A stretch of 64,000 nt of DNA from Lama glama (GCA_028534125.1 CM052817.1:12464001-12528000); one strand, 5' to 3'; counted from the stretch's first letter, positions 39,901 to 54,330 are shown. The notes: generated from the sequence alone by a model not told the origin. Translations and numbers: made by a program.

Positions 39901-40315
39901 CAGGTATCCTCCACTTTTCAGAAAGTCGCTGTATGCCACTGCACTTTTATGAGAGACCTACATTAGTACCTGTTTTCACTAACCAAATAAATGTGAAGAA
40001 CATTTTCACTTCTATGAAAAGAGATGAAAACCAAAAACAGCATTCAGCATTTGTTTTGCAGCAAGCCCTTACAGAGGCAGAGCGCACCCCCAGTGAGAGG
40101 GGCACCACCACGCTCCTTTCCTGGGAACTATAGTTTGCATCTCAGCATCAAGCTGCCATAGCTTCGAGCTGTGAGCATCTGTGTTTTATCTCAATTTGTT
40201 TCATGCATCCATTAGTAAGATGTGCTTTAAGGAAATCGCTTCTTCCTTTTATGCCATTTCAACTTCCAAAAGTATTCATAGAAATGTTCGACTTTCAAAT
40301 AACTGGGGAAACCTA
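39901..40315. mobile_element. Non-autonomous TcMar/Tigger-like DNA transposon (MITE)
   Basis: Imperfect terminal inverted repeats caggtatcctcc...ggggaaaccta. TA on the right flank, 'ca' on the left; ~415 bp, non-coding. Confidence 0.7.
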
Positions 40316-41964
40316 TATCTCATTTAATCTGTCTGTCAATGCTGTGAGGTAAATGATATTGCATTCCTTATATTGAAGACAGGGAAACCGAGATACAGTA
40401 ATCAGTAGGTAAATAACATGCCTAATGTCACATCGCTGTTCACTGGCAGAGGCAAGATTTTGTTAGATATTTCAGTAATTATCTTGAATTAGCAAGTTTC
40501 ATTAGCCAAATCTGGTTCAAGGAAAAAAAAATAGTTATGATGATGACAATGGCGAGAATGATGATGATAAAAAATATTACTCATAAAAGCTGTTATATCT
40601 GATGGCAGGCTATGTTCTGTGTATTTATATACAGATTCTTGCTTGTTTTTGTTCTTATAATAACAGAAGGAGATAGTAATCTTCATGATTATTCTATAGA
40701 TCAGGTGATTAAAAACCGGAGAGGTGAAATGTTTTTCCTGAGACAATAACAGTGATTCTAAGCAGTTTTGTTGGCCACCTAAGTGCTTGCCTTGGCGCTC
40801 CATGAGTGTTGACAGCACGAATCATTACAATGAGAAAAATCTTTTATCAGCAGTAATAGCTGATGGGCAGTTTGATCAAGGTCTTAATAGAAGTAGGCAT
40901 ATAATATCCTTATCTTCCCTTAAATGGACTGGGAAATTCTTGACAGCAAGTGTTCTGTATTATCTGAGAATCTAGGCCATACACTCTCAAGAAATAATTA
41001 TTGGATTAAATGGACTGAGAGAAGAAAAGCTTATAGGGGTTCACGTGCTTGACCTGGCTCCCAGAGCTAGTTGGTGCATGAGCTAAGACTTAGCACCCTG
41101 ATTTGTGTTACAATGCTCTTACACAGTCACCTTTTGATGAGTTTGCAGATGAGGAATTAAAGTAAGAAACAAAGAATATGCTTGTATGGTAGCTTTTCAG
41201 TGGTTATCAGAGGTCAGAATATGGTATCGTAATTTCCATTCCAGTCTTTATTTCTCTATTATTTATCTACAATTAATTATTAAACATGACATTTATCCTT
41301 TATTCATAAAACTTTTATTATTTTTCTATCTTTATTTTGTCTCCTCCTTCAAAGTGCTTTGTCATGGCTCATTAGTCATGAAAATATAAACATGCATTCA
41401 TATATTTGTAAAAATTTGGTTCATTTATATGTAGGTCTTGAAGGACAATAAATCTTAGATGTATTGCATAATTTTGAAGAGACACTTTTCCCTTAAATAT
41501 TTCTCTGTTTCTGATGGGTGAAATAAATGAGTTTTTAAGTATTCCAGACATGCTTATACATGCTTGTATACAATCACAACTGATCATGTTGTGAAGCAGA
41601 CACTCATTGTTTTACATTTTCCCAAAGAATTTGATTATGTCAATGACTCTGCCCTATCCGTATAAGTTGGAAGAAGGCTAACTAAATAATGGGTTTTCTA
41701 GTCTGTCTTTACCTACTGAAAGGCATACACACTTTGTCTTAAATGTATCTTCAAATATTTAATTATTAGGATGTGGAAAAAATTCACTTTCATCTAACCA
41801 CATTTTCCTTGACTTTTCAGAAAGCACTAATTTATTTTCTCAGTATATATGTTGTTTATATTTGTCCTTTCATTTTACAGTTCTTACATCAATTATACCA
41901 CTAACAACAATGCTTTTATAAGTCTTGATACATTTTACATTTTTTCTTCCTTAAGAATTGCTTG

Positions 41965-42835
41965 AGGAGTGACATCAGCAAGATGGTGGCACAGGAGTTT
42001 CTAGTGCTCATTCATCTCCTCCATCAGCCCCCAAGAACCATTTAGAAAACTCTCCATGCATGGAAATACATTCACAAGAGCTAAGCATTCCAGATGAGAG
42101 ACTATAGTACCCAAATGGAGAGCAGAAATAAGAAAAGATGCATTGAAGATGATAAAAAAGGATATATTCACATTACCCCCATAACCACTCACCCACGCCA
42201 GGGTAGCCCAGTGCACAGAGAGACAGATGCTCATCCCATGAAGAAAAAAGAGCAAAATGAACTTCTGCCTCACCATAGACCCCAGAGTTATCCCACCTCA
42301 GAACCACGCCAATCCCATGACCGTAGGTAGCTCTTTGCAGGCCATGCTTACCCCAGGCTCCCAGCTCTCCTTGGCACCTGCCAGCTCCCTTGGCTACAGG
42401 TGACTGTTATATCAAAACGATGTTGGAGGACTCCAGCAATACCAGGCTCTCAGTTCACTAAAGTGCCAACAAGTTCCCATGGCCTGGATGACTCCTGGGG
42501 CCCCAGGATCCCAGGTCACCCCCGTGCTAGCTGGCTCCCATGGCCTTGGGAGGGTCCCATGGCACCAAGCTCCTGATGGGCTCCCATGGCTCTGGAAAAC
42601 TCCTATGACCCCAGGATACCAATTTGATCCTATGAACACTGGGTCCAGACCAGCACCCATAAGCCCAGGCTCCTAGCTGGGACCACTCACCAGGCTAATA
42701 CCATGGACCCAGGCCTTTGACCCACCTCAACCCAAGGCTAGATCACATACACCCAGTCTCCTTTCCAGTGCCAGTACAAAACAAATTCAATAGCACAATA
42801 AAGGGTTAATATACTTTAATCAAGCAGAATTTATC
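41965..42835 (+). mobile_element. L1 5' end (GC-rich 5'UTR with degenerate repeats) joined to a short ORF2 piece
   Basis: Starts 'gaggagtgacatcagcaagatggtggc' after an endonuclease-like ttaaga site; repeated 'ggctcccatggc'; ends 'aaattcaatagcacaataaaggg...aatcaagcagaatttatc'. Confidence 0.7.
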
Positions 42836-43899
42836 TCCCTTTGTGACCATCATTTTCCTCATTTTACAGATGAAGAAAGTGAAACAAAGGGAGGATTAGT
42901 AAAGCTGAGAGCCAAACTCAGGCTGTCTGCCTCCAGTCCATTATGCCCTCATGTCCAGCACCATGAGTTCCCTTCATCATTTATTTTGCGGTCATTTCTG
43001 GTTACAATTTAGTCTGCAGAGATGACGCTTGGTGTTGCTGGCCACAATCCTGTTCACCTTATTTCAGATTTTTCCCTCTTGCCCTGTTGCTTTGAATTGC
43101 CAAAGGCAGTGTTTATTCCTAGACATTTCTCACATTCTGCATCTGAAGTCAAATGTCTCACATTTATTTATATTTTTTGCTGATAGAAAGAGGTATTGAA
43201 AAGGAACTGTGGATCACTCGAAGAGAAAAATCATACTGTTTATATATTGCTTGGGGCTGGTCTGATTCAGTTTGTGTTAAAGCTCTTTACTATCCATCTC
43301 AATAGCCTGCATTTTCCAGAAAATGACTAAAAGCACAAAAGAATCATGGCCATGAATTCAACCAACATTTTTGCATTTTCAATACCCAATTTATAGTTTA
43401 TTGATCCCACAATATTCTTCTTATCTAAAAACTGCTGTTTGAAATTAATATACAGTCTGCTTAAGAATGGTAGCATTTCAATAAAGTAAAAGGCATCAAA
43501 TATTGTCTCAAAGTCCAACTACTGATGCCAATAAAGATAGAGACCAACTTTTAAACAAAAGAGGCATGTGAAGAGACAGATATTGTTTACAAGGAAAGAA
43601 AGTGATGGTTTTCAAGGTGAGAAAAATGATGCACCATCTTCTGAGATAATGATAAGACCATGAACATGTGAGTAATCTTTGTCTTCATCTGTAATGTATA
43701 GTTTCATCTCAGGCTCACCCTTTCTTTTTCTTTTCCAGTAAAACTATCATCCTTTATGAGGGTTAAATTCAAAACGAACTGTCTCCTTGTACCTTTTACT
43801 ATCACCGGGAAGTACATCCTCACATGAATGATTTAGTGTTTGCTTTCACGTCCATGTTCGACTATATTGATTAACCTTCAAGATGGAGGCCATTGTGTG

Positions 43900-44330
43900 A
43901 ATTGCGGATGTTGCCAGTGTTTTCTCCTTTGTTCATAAGAAGATGGCATGTCCCTGTTTCAGTCAGTTGGGGGGGGGCATGGGATTATTTTAGCCAGTGA
44001 GTTTTAGGTGGAAATAACATATGTCATTTCTGGGCCATAGTATTTAACTGCACGTAGGAGACCCTCCAGCACTCTTTTCCACTGCTGTCGTGGACAGTTA
44101 TGCGGGGATGAAATAGCAGTCAGGATGTTCTTGACTAGGTGTGACACACGTTGTGCCCCTGGAGATCTACATTAGACAAAGAGCAAGAGCAAGATCAAAA
44201 CCTTTCTTTATTAATTGCTGCTTTTGTTTTGTTTTTTGCTTTACGTATTTTAATAAACTGCTTTGTTTTCATTTCTTAGGCTGTTCTGAGATATATTGTA
44301 TTATATTAATCGCTGATTCCACCACAGTGC
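43900..44330 (+). mobile_element. MaLR (MLT1-type) LTR remnant
   Basis: 'ttttagccagtgagttttaggtggaaataacatatgtcatttctgggcc...tatttaactgc...gagaccctccagcactcttttcc'. Confidence 0.55.
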
Positions 44331-47300
44331 AACACTTACCTTACTGCTTACATATGCTAAGCATTCAAGACTGAGTTAGTATTTTTTTCTCACATTTTGT
44401 CATTGCTTATTCATTAATTAGGTTATATCATGTACTAAATTCTAGGGTAATTGTTTTGCAGACTTAAAAAATAGTATCAGCATTCAAGGGGTTTGTTTTA
44501 AAGGCCATAGACTGTATATGAACTTATTTTAATATAGGTACATGGAATTTTTTGACCGTATGAGAACATTACCCAGAAATATTTTTGTTAATGTTCCCTT
44601 GTCACTTTACTGAAAAGTACACAAAACTGTAGGTTTTGTATTACAATCCAGAAATTTGACATTGTTTTTAGAAATAAGAATAAGAAAAAAGAACTTTATT
44701 TCAAATCAAAATACTTCTAAATTTTCATAGCATTTATTAGATATTAAAATACTTCACAGTAAAATTCCTCCTAATTTAACATAGCAAAGGCTGCACTCCA
44801 AAACTTTTGAATCGTGATTTGCTTTAAGAGGTAGTCATATTGATGTTAAGAACTCCATTCATGTGCATAGAAATGCAGGATGCATATGTTTCTTTAAAGA
44901 TAATCTTGATGAATTTAGGTCATCAGATATCTAATTGGAGCTCCGCACACTGTATGTGGGAGATAAGGTTTCTCTAACTGGAGCATTATATATGATCACC
45001 AAATTCACAATCCCATAGGGATAACGTTTATTATCATAAAACGTACCACAGCATTTGAAATCTGAGGTTAAACATTTACTACAAGGTTTACGAGGAGACC
45101 ATGAATCTCAAGTGAATTCACTGCATGAGAAAAGTGAATTTATTATCAAGGGCATGAAAGGAATCAGTCTTCTGAATGCTTAATACACTCCGTTAAAGCT
45201 TCATAATAGACTGTTCACCTCACTGCATGCTACTGCAGAGTCTACAATGCAAGACACGTCTAACCTCTAAATCACAGCCCTTTCAAGGCCCTGCCAATAA
45301 GGTAACTAATTCACATGTATTCATTATGAGAAAATCTGCCAAATAATCAGCATTATGCCACTGACTTTTCTAAGATATTTGGTTAGAATAGATTCTAGCT
45401 AACTTCTAATGTAAAGAACTTGCCTTTCAAAAAATACAAATATTCTAAATCTCAGAAGACTGTAAAATATCCGAGATCAAGTGATGGTCAGAGATGACAA
45501 TTTTCAAAGCATTTTGGAGTAAACAAAAAATATTTTGGATGTTTCACAAATACTAAATCAATTACCACATAATGTAGTGGAGTTTGAAATATATAACTGC
45601 CTCCAAATCTCACCTTAGAAAAGAGCAATGAACCTGAGCTGGCAATATCATGAGATCTCTGATGGGATGTAATTTACGCTAGGTTCATACTCTGAAAACA
45701 TTTTGTTAGACTCACAAAATAGAAAAGAAACAGAGAATACATGAAAGAGGTCTTTTCATCCCTAATATGTATGTATAATTTCCATTACGGATAATTATAA
45801 CTTCATACATGGAACACTGAAAGAATAGACTGGAATGTATTTTCTTCTGCAAAAAGCACTACTTCAGCAGCAATAGAACAGACTGCTGAGGTCAGAAGGG
45901 TCCTGGAGCTAGACAGTGTTTATGAAGCCAGGGAACAGATTTTAGTGTGAAAGAAATCCCCCATAGCCAAATGATGGAAACATAAGGAAATTATTCTGAT
46001 GAATATGAAACATGTTAAGCATTACTTACTTTCATCATAAAAGAGTATAATGGGCTTTCATTTTACTACATGTAGCTTTTGGAGCATACATTTCTCCAAC
46101 TAACAAATGGGAAAGCCAGTTGAATTAGGCAAGCCCTGGGGATGGCGTAAGGTAAAATGTCCACTCAAGCTGTGAGCTTGCCTTTGAATTGATGCTGCTA
46201 CTGAGTAAGCGGAAATCAGAAGATGAGAGGAATAAACACAGTATAAGGAAATTTGTAAACAGGTTTAGATGACATTCTTTTGGTCCTTGAGCTGGAGTCA
46301 AGCATGCTTCTCCCTTCAGAAACTAAGTTATCTTTCAACAAAAAGGCAGAATGGGATAAAAGCAGGTGGCAGTACATTCAGAAAGACTAAGGAGATGCTC
46401 AGTCTTTCCAGGTTTATATGACCCATCAATATTAGACTTGCCTACTAATTGTCCTTATCTCTATAATAGTAGCTGACAGTCTATGGCAATCATTGTTCCA
46501 CACACCTTCTTCTCTCTCTACGCAGTGATCTTTCTGCAGAGAAGCTGTGTTTTATCTTTGAATCCCCAGACCTGGTGCAATGGCTAACGCACAGTATACC
46601 TTCAACTCATGATTGTTAGTCAAATGGGTTAAATATATTTAACACTTGATCTGAGGGCTTTGATAGACAGCAGTGAAAATAAAGGGAAAGTTAATGTCTT
46701 GCATTACACATGCTTTTACACTGTGCACTATTTTTAGTCTAAAGAAAAAAAAGAGCTATGGATTTAAATGAAGGAGACATTTTTTAAAGCAAATTCAAAC
46801 AAGTTATTGCAAACACAGGACACTGTATTTTTTACAAAGGCCATTTTTTCCCTCTAAAACTGCTCCCAAGCTTCACGTTCTACTGAAAACTCTGTAGACA
46901 GGAAGCAAAACTTGAGTGTGAAAAGAGTAAGAAAAAAAGAAAAAAAAAACTTAAAGGATAAAATAGCAAGACTGAAACCAGTTTTGGGAGTTGGCCAGAA
47001 TAATCAGTATGATGCTTATGTAGTGTGGTCAAGGGGATCAAAAATAAATAAAGATAATCAAGTAATCAATATTGGGAGTGTTTTGAAGAACTAGAGACCC
47101 AAGTTCTGTTTTCAGGCCCTGCACAGACAAAAAGAGTTAAGTCTCAAGAAAGAATACTCTAGTATATTATGAGAAAGATACTAGAGAATGCCACAGCCTA
47201 CTTTATATTACAGTATATATTACAGTAGAACATTCGAAAGCAAAGTCTACAAAGTGTGGATGTCCACAAGCAAGCAAGGCTTATGCAAAGAACATGTACA

Positions 47301-47383
47301 CATGTGGGTCTAGAGCTAGAAATGGGTATTAAATGATTTGAGAAGTAAAAATAGAGAGTCCCCAGATAAAAAGTGCAGAGTCA

Positions 47384-47850
47384 ATAGTCATAAAAAAGAA
47401 CAAAATAATGCCACTGGTAGCAACACGGATGAACCTGGAGATTGCCATTCTAAGTGAGGTAAGCCAGAAAGAGAAAGAAAAATACCATATGATACCACTC
47501 ATATTTGGACTCTTAAAAAAAAAAAAGAGGACACAAATGAATTTATTTATGAAACAGAAACAGACTCACAGACATAGAAAACAAACATGGTTACTGGTGG
47601 GGAAGAGGATAGGAAGGGACAAATTGGGAATTTGAGACGTGCAGATACTAACTACTATACATAAAATAGATAAAAAACAAGTTTCTATTGTATAGCACAG
47701 GGAACTACATTCAATATCTTTTAGTAACATATAATGAAAAAGAATATGAAAACGAATATATGTGTGTATGTGTATGCCTGAAACATTATGCTGTATGCCA
47801 GAAATTGACACAATATTGTAAACTGACTATATACTTCAATTAAAAAAAAA
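47384..47850 (+). mobile_element. Young L1 3' end, 5'-truncated
   Basis: 'gccattctaagtgaggtaagccagaaagagaaagaaaaataccatatgat...actgactatatacttcaattaaaaaaaaaa'. TSD aagtgcagagtca / aagtgtggagtca. Confidence 0.92.
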
Positions 47851-48659
47851 AGTGTGGAGTCAGAACATCTAGAAGCCAGCCATGCTGAAAACTAAGAGTA
47901 GATCAATATAGTACCACGGATGAGTGAAAATTCTACAGCTGGAAACTAAGGGTGATCATGAGCTCAAGTATATCAAATAGCACACATAGGAATGGCAGAT
48001 GTAAGCATATGAATGTATGTGAACCACGATGGTGTCTAGGTGAATTATTCTAGAGAGGTGATTTTTGCCCAGGTATGTGCTTTTCATTATTGTTTTTGTT
48101 TTGTTCTGTTGCTTTTGCTCCCAACCCCACAGTGCTAGAAGGATTTCCTTTGATGAATAGAGTGTGGGAAAAGCTCATATCAGAACACATTGACTGCAGT
48201 ATTTTGAAAGAGAGTTGCGTGAGAGAAAAATCAAAGTATGGAGATTGGACCATCTGTGTTTGCTTCCATGAAACTTTACTTATCTTCAGAAAAGAGATTT
48301 TTTTTAACCTATAAAATTGGGAGATGGGAGAGTAGACATAATAGCAATAGGTTAGAAACTGGAAAGCGTAGGGATGTATGATAAATAACTTATGGATGAC
48401 TGATAATTGGCACTACCCCCATTCCTCTGGCTTTGGGATATGTAGGGAAGGAGGTACTGAAAATATAGGCATGGAGTGGGTGGCAAGGGATGGTTGAAGG
48501 TATTAGAGAAGCCATTAGAACAATGTACATATCAATTATAGAGCTGACCATAAATCAGGGATATTCTGATCAGAGAAAGTCAGAGAGACTAGTCTGAAAC
48601 ATTTTAATACATTATGCACATGAATTTACCAGTTTGGTTATTTATATTAGCCAAATCAT

Positions 48660-49225
48660 TGAAGCAACCTAAATGTCCATCAACAGATAAATGGATAAAG
48701 AAAATGTAGTGTATATATTAAAAGGAATAGTATTCAGCCTAAAAGAAAAAAAGGAAGGAAACCCTGCCACTTTTAATGACATGGATGTATCTGAAGGTTA
48801 TTATGCTAAGTGAAAAAAGCCAGACACCGAAGGATAAGTACTATATGATACCGTTTATATGAGGAATCTCAAACAGTCAAACTCAAAGAGGCAGAATAGT
48901 GGAATGGTGGTTTCCAGGGGCTGGGGAGAGGGGCAAATGGGGAAGTAGTAGTTAAGGATGTGACGTTTCAGTTGTACAAGATGAATAAGTCCTAGGGATC
49001 TCCTGTACAGCAGAGACTGTAGTTAAACACACTGTGCCACGTAATTAAAAATGTGTTGAGGATAGATCTTATATCATGTACTTATACCAAAAAATAATTA
49101 AAGTAATAAATGAGAGGATGAGAAAAACCTTTTAGAGATTAATAGATATATTTAAGGCATCAAGTTTCATACACTAAATACACACAGCTTTCTGTTTGTC
49201 AAAATTAATTAATTTAAAAATTAAA
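48660..49225 (+). mobile_element. L1 3' end (L1MA-like)
   Basis: 'gaagcaacctaaatgtccatcaacagataaatggataaagaaaatgt...tggtggtttccaggggctgggg...gatgaataagtcctagggatct'. Confidence 0.88.
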
Positions 49226-50209
49226 GATAGATTTCCATTTCATCAGGAAATAGAACTGCTGTATTTATATAAAATAAGAGCTTTAAGGAGAATCAGCTGA
49301 CCCATAGGGAAGAGAGAAGACAGTCCTGGGTTGGCTTAGGTTGGGATAAAGTCTACATTGTTCTTAGCTTCATCAGTGTTTCAGTATAAACCCTGAGCAA
49401 TGGACTAAACTTGGGAGAAAAAAACTCCATAGTGCTTTTAAAAAGTTTTTTCATCTGAGATGGTTTTACAAATTTCTGCCACTTGAAAATGTGCTTTTGA
49501 TGATTTGGATAACTCATTACATAAAAGCCTTCATCCCCTGGCAGTCCTGGAAATGTGAGGTGTCACTATTCATGCAGCTTCTCCTAGGTAGAATACCTCA
49601 TGAGTGCAGCATTACTCAAACACTGGAGAATTTATATGCAGAGAACAGAAATCAGCCGAAGGTCCTGGCACTTATAAGACGCTTGAAAGGGAATGGTAAA
49701 ACATACCAGTGTATCTCCAGGGACACAGTCCTTTGGCTAGAGAGGGGAAATATCATGGTTAGTGAAATTTCTCTCCTGTGATAACATTAAATTATTGATA
49801 CATGATTAGGGCAAGTTTTAAGTGAAATTATCAAGACTTGTCTTAGAGATGGAATTTGGTGTACGGAGGCATTGAGAAGCATGGCTGAACACGTTCACAT
49901 TTTGTGGTTTTTGACTCTCATTTTCTCCTGAAAGTCATTAATTACCACAGAAGTTTCATGAAGAAAAGTCAGATTTCTGACCCCAATTACACTGAGGTCA
50001 ATGTACCCATGTAAAGGAGAAAGGTAAGGTAATATTTTGCAATAACATCTCAAGTATTTTTTCTTCTTTAAAAATTTATGTTTCCTCCCTGAAATCATCT
50101 TGCAATTAAGACTAGGCCACGGGGATTAGGCTCCTTGCCATAGATAAGAAGAGGCAGGCGGACACTGCCTAAAAAAAATTAAGTCAATGCTCAGCTTTGA
50201 ACTTCAAAC

Positions 50210-50525
50210 TAAATGCCTCCGGTTGAGTTCTTTGGAAACAGATGCTAAGGCAGAGTTTAGCATGTGAGAAATTTATTAGGGATTCACACCTGTGGGAAAG
50301 AGCAAGAGGAAGCAGGATCAGGCACAGAATTGCAATGCAGGTCAGAGAAATCCTTGAGTAGGTCAACCCCCAGGGACCTGTGGATGTAAAGCCCCCTGCG
50401 TGGTTTGTGTGGTTTGTAACCCATGAAGGAAAAGGAGGCTCCCTGGAGCTGAGGCTGCTGCTGGCAGCTGAGACTACAAATATTTCCTTAAAGAAGAATC
50501 CAGCGGTGCATCTCTGAGTCAGATA
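50210..50525. mobile_element. Old ERVL-type LTR remnant
   Basis: 'ggttgagttctttggaaacagatgctaaggcagagtttagcatgtgagaaatttattagggattcacacctgtgg' resembles old ERVL-class LTRs. Confidence 0.45.
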
Positions 50526-51589
50526 CTGGATTTTAATAAAAGCTCAACTGCAAAGTTTTCAGCCATGTTTTCAAATTATAGAAAGGGGATTTCTTGAACA
50601 TCCTCTTTATATGCTGGGTTTTTCTGTATCCACAACCCCAAATTAGAAGATGAATTTTACAGTAAACCAAGAGCTTGGGGGAATACAAGCTTTAAAATGA
50701 AAGGATTTACCACACCACTGACACAATTCTTCTTGGTGAAGATAGTTGAGGCTGGGGAGAGAGAAAGAAAAAAAGAAGATTTCCTCATGATCTCTTGCCA
50801 AAAAAGTCAGAATTTCTGGAGAATCTCTCAAAACTTCATTGCTGGTTCTCTGCATCCTGACCTAACCTGGAGATTCTGGTGGCCTCGGGAGAATCCCGCT
50901 TTTTACAGCCTGGGAGTTGCAATGATGGAGAAAGGCCTAAGAATTGGTGTCCAGGGTGTCCTTTTAGGGGAATGTCCACACCAGTAGCTGCCCGTGAAAG
51001 CAGATGAGATGCCTTTATTATTGAGTTAGGAGTCAGATATTTTATGATAAACAGTGGACATGAATAGATCTGGGGGTCAAAAGAAAGTCATTCACACAAG
51101 CAGAGGGGATATCCATAGTCATTAGGTGTAGGTATTAACACAGTCTCTAAATGATGGGAGGCACCTCCATTCCTCAACAAATACCAGCACCAGGCCTCTA
51201 GATGACCAGACGGACTAGTTAGAAAACATGGACTGAACCTGGTAACAAAGGAAGGGCTCGGGAGAATCAAGTCTGAGGTCCAGAATCAAAAGATCATGAC
51301 ACACCCCAGACAAGGATCAGATGTCATTCCCAGGATACTCTGAGGATACATAAACACACAGTCTTCACACTCCCACTGCGTCCTTACTCTTAGATGTCTT
51401 CTTGGGGACAGGATAGAAGAAGTAGGGATAGGACAGAAGCATTCTTAAGAATAAATTCAGAAATACTTAAAATGGGTTTAACTAGAAGAGAAATGCTAAA
51501 CTTAATGAGCTTAAATCAGAAGAGATAAAATTGCACCAAGATGATATTATCCAAGTGGTTTCAGTAGAGTGGAGAGGAGAATTGGACTA

Positions 51590-51826
51590 TGTAAGATGGT
51601 AGCCACTAAAACCGTATGACTAGTTAAATGAATTAATTAAAATTAAATTAAGGTAAAATAAATGAAAATAAATAAAGCTGAATAAAATTAAAAATTTAAG
51701 TTCCTTGTTTTTTTTCTAGCCTCATTTCTGGAGCTTAAAAATAACCAATGGCTAGTTGCTACCATATTGAATAATTTATATACAGAACATTACCTCTAAC
51801 ATAGAACATTCTATTGGACAGTGCTG
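51590..51826. mobile_element. hAT-Charlie non-autonomous element (MER3/MER33-like)
   Basis: 'tagccactaaaaccgtatgactag...atggctagttgctaccatattga...cattctattggacagtgctg'. Confidence 0.7.
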
Positions 51827-52189
51827 CTTGAGAGAAACATGAGATTAGTTACTTAAAAAATATTTTCTATATTTTGAACATCTGAATTCTAATGTATCTT
51901 TTGATCATGCCATGTGAAGAAGTAATTTTTCAGTTCTGTTTAGAGTTAGGAAGAATCAGAACAAAAATTGTTTTGAAAAGTAGATTCCAGTAAGGCCAAA
52001 TACTCAGGCTCATTACAGCTCTTATGTTTTCATCAATTTACATGCTGTTTCAAATATCATATATCTGAAAAAGCCATAGGTGAGCCAGTCTCTCCAAAAA
52101 GCCCTCCATTACATAATACATGATCATTAAGTGTTACACGTTATTTCTCCAACATGCAAGGGAATATAACAGTGATTAAGTTTGTTTCA

Positions 52190-52795
52190 GAGGACTGCAT
52201 CAGGCTTCTTTCAACTAGTGTATTTTTGCGGTTCTTCTACCTTGTAGCAAGCTTCAGTCCTTCATTTCTTTTTGTGGCTGAATATTATTCTATTGTATGG
52301 ATATATATATATATATATATATTGTTTATCCATTCATCTATTGATGGACATTTTTGTCATTTCCATCTTTTGGCTACTAGGGATAATATTGTTATGAACA
52401 TTTGTTGTTTGAAGGTACTGTTCAAATAGCAGCTTTGATTCTTTGGAGCATATACCTAGGAGTGGAATTGCTAGGTCATACGGAAATTCAGTGTTTAATT
52501 TTAGGAAGAACCATTACACTGTTCTCCACAGATGTAGCATTTTACATTCCTGTCATCAATATCAATGTATGAGGGTTACACTTTTTCCACATCCTCACCA
52601 ACGCTTGTTATTTTCTACTTTTTTTGGTCTGCTTATTTGTTTGTTTTTAATACAAGCCATCAAAATGAATGTGAAATAGTTTTGGTTTCCATTTTCCTAA
52701 TCCCTAATAAATCTGAGTATCTCTTTATTTGCTTATTGGCCATTTATCTATTTTCTTTGGAGAAAAGTCTATTAAAGTTTAAAACACTCATTTAG
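52190..52795 (-). mobile_element. Old L1 3' fragment with an internal (TA)n
   Basis: 'tttttgtggctgaatattattctattgtatggata...tttatccattcatctattgatggacatt...taggagtggaattgctaggtcatacgg'. Confidence 0.85.
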
Positions 52796-53804
52796 CGTGG
52801 GAGAAAATAGACACCAAATAGTTTAAAGAAAATTTCTATTATTGCATACCAATAGAAATCATCAAATATTAACCCTTACTTCCCACTATGCATAGATATA
52901 TATATTAAGTTTTGCAATTACTATTTCACATTCACTTTATAATAACTATGAAGTTGACGGGAAAGAATTTCTTATTTTACATGGTATATTCTTTACAAGA
53001 GAGTCATTAAGTAAAAGATTTGTTTAGAAATTTCTTTTGATTCAAAACTCATTATTTTCAATATTACCTGCATTTTTTCAAATTGTAATCAAATTTTGGA
53101 ATGTTTCAATATGTGTTTTAAGATTTCAAGGATTTTTTCTTTTTTGGCATAATATCTAACCTTGATTGTTCATTGATTTTATAAACTCACCAAGCAATTT
53201 TTAACCTATGCCCTCCTCTCAGAGGCATACTATGTTTTAATTATATTGATGGATGCCAGTAAGTCCTCTAAAAGTAGTAATTTTTTAATGAGTTATAATA
53301 TAGGCATAGTAAATTGTGTAAAGTTCACTAATTTTGCAACTTAAGCTAAATGGATCTTTATAGATGTATATACCAAGTATACTATCCTCCAAATCAAGAA
53401 ATAGAACTTTCTCAGCATCTCAAAGCATTCCCTTTTGTCCATTTCCAGTCTAATCTCTCTTTCAGAGGTGACCAATGTTGTTCAACCTTTCGTAAAATCT
53501 GTCTATTCCTAGTACAGGATATTATATACTATTTTATGTCTAGATTCTATCATTCAGCATAATAGCTCAGAGACCCATTCAAGTTATTGCTTTAGTTTGT
53601 TCTTTTTATTGCTTTGCAAGTTTCTATTTTATGTATATAACAAAACCTTTATCTGTTCTCTTGCTGATGAATATTCAGGTTGTTTCCAGTGATTAACTAT
53701 TATAAATAAAATGATTTTGAATATTTTTGATTCTGTCTTTGGGTGGACATATTTACATATTTCTCTTGGACTCTTAGAACTGAAATTGCTGTGTCACTTT
53801 TAGT

Positions 53805-54330
53805 TGTGATAAGCAACTTCTAAGATGGCCCCCAATGATCTCCATTTCCTGGGAATCATCCTTATGTCATTCCTTCCCCTTGGGCGTGGGCTGGACTTAC
53901 AGACTCACTCCTAAGAAACAGAATATGGTAGAAGTAATGTAATGTCACTTCTGACATTAAGATATAAAAGTGTGGCTTCTTCCTGGGGTCTCTTTATTTC
54001 TCTTGAATTGCTTATTTCTAGAAGAAGACATTTGAGCTAGCCTTACAAAGAGGCTCAACTGAGTGAACTCAAAAGCCGATTTTCTGAAGACTTTCAGCAG
54101 TAGTGTGAATGATTCTGGTTACAGATCTTCTGAAGCCCACCAAGCGTGTGAGTAGGCTTCATAAATAGTCTTTCCTCGGTCAGAATTTGTTATGATTGCA
54201 GGATGAACTGATATTTCAACAAGACCCTGTGCAGCCAGCTGAGCTGCTTCTAGGTTCCTGAGCTATGGAAACTGTGAGGTAAAAAATATTTATAGTTTTG
54301 GGCTTTAATTAATATAATTTTGAAATACAT
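53805..54330 (+). mobile_element. MaLR LTR (MLT1-type)
   Basis: 'tgtgataagcaacttctaagatggcccccaatgatctcc...gggctggacttacagactcactcctaag...atggaaactgtgaggtaaaaaata'. Confidence 0.8.

Noticed and set aside
43255..43315. 'ggctggtctga...' resembling a Y RNA 5' end
   Set aside because: Similarity is limited to about 10 nt; the conserved stem and U-tail are missing.
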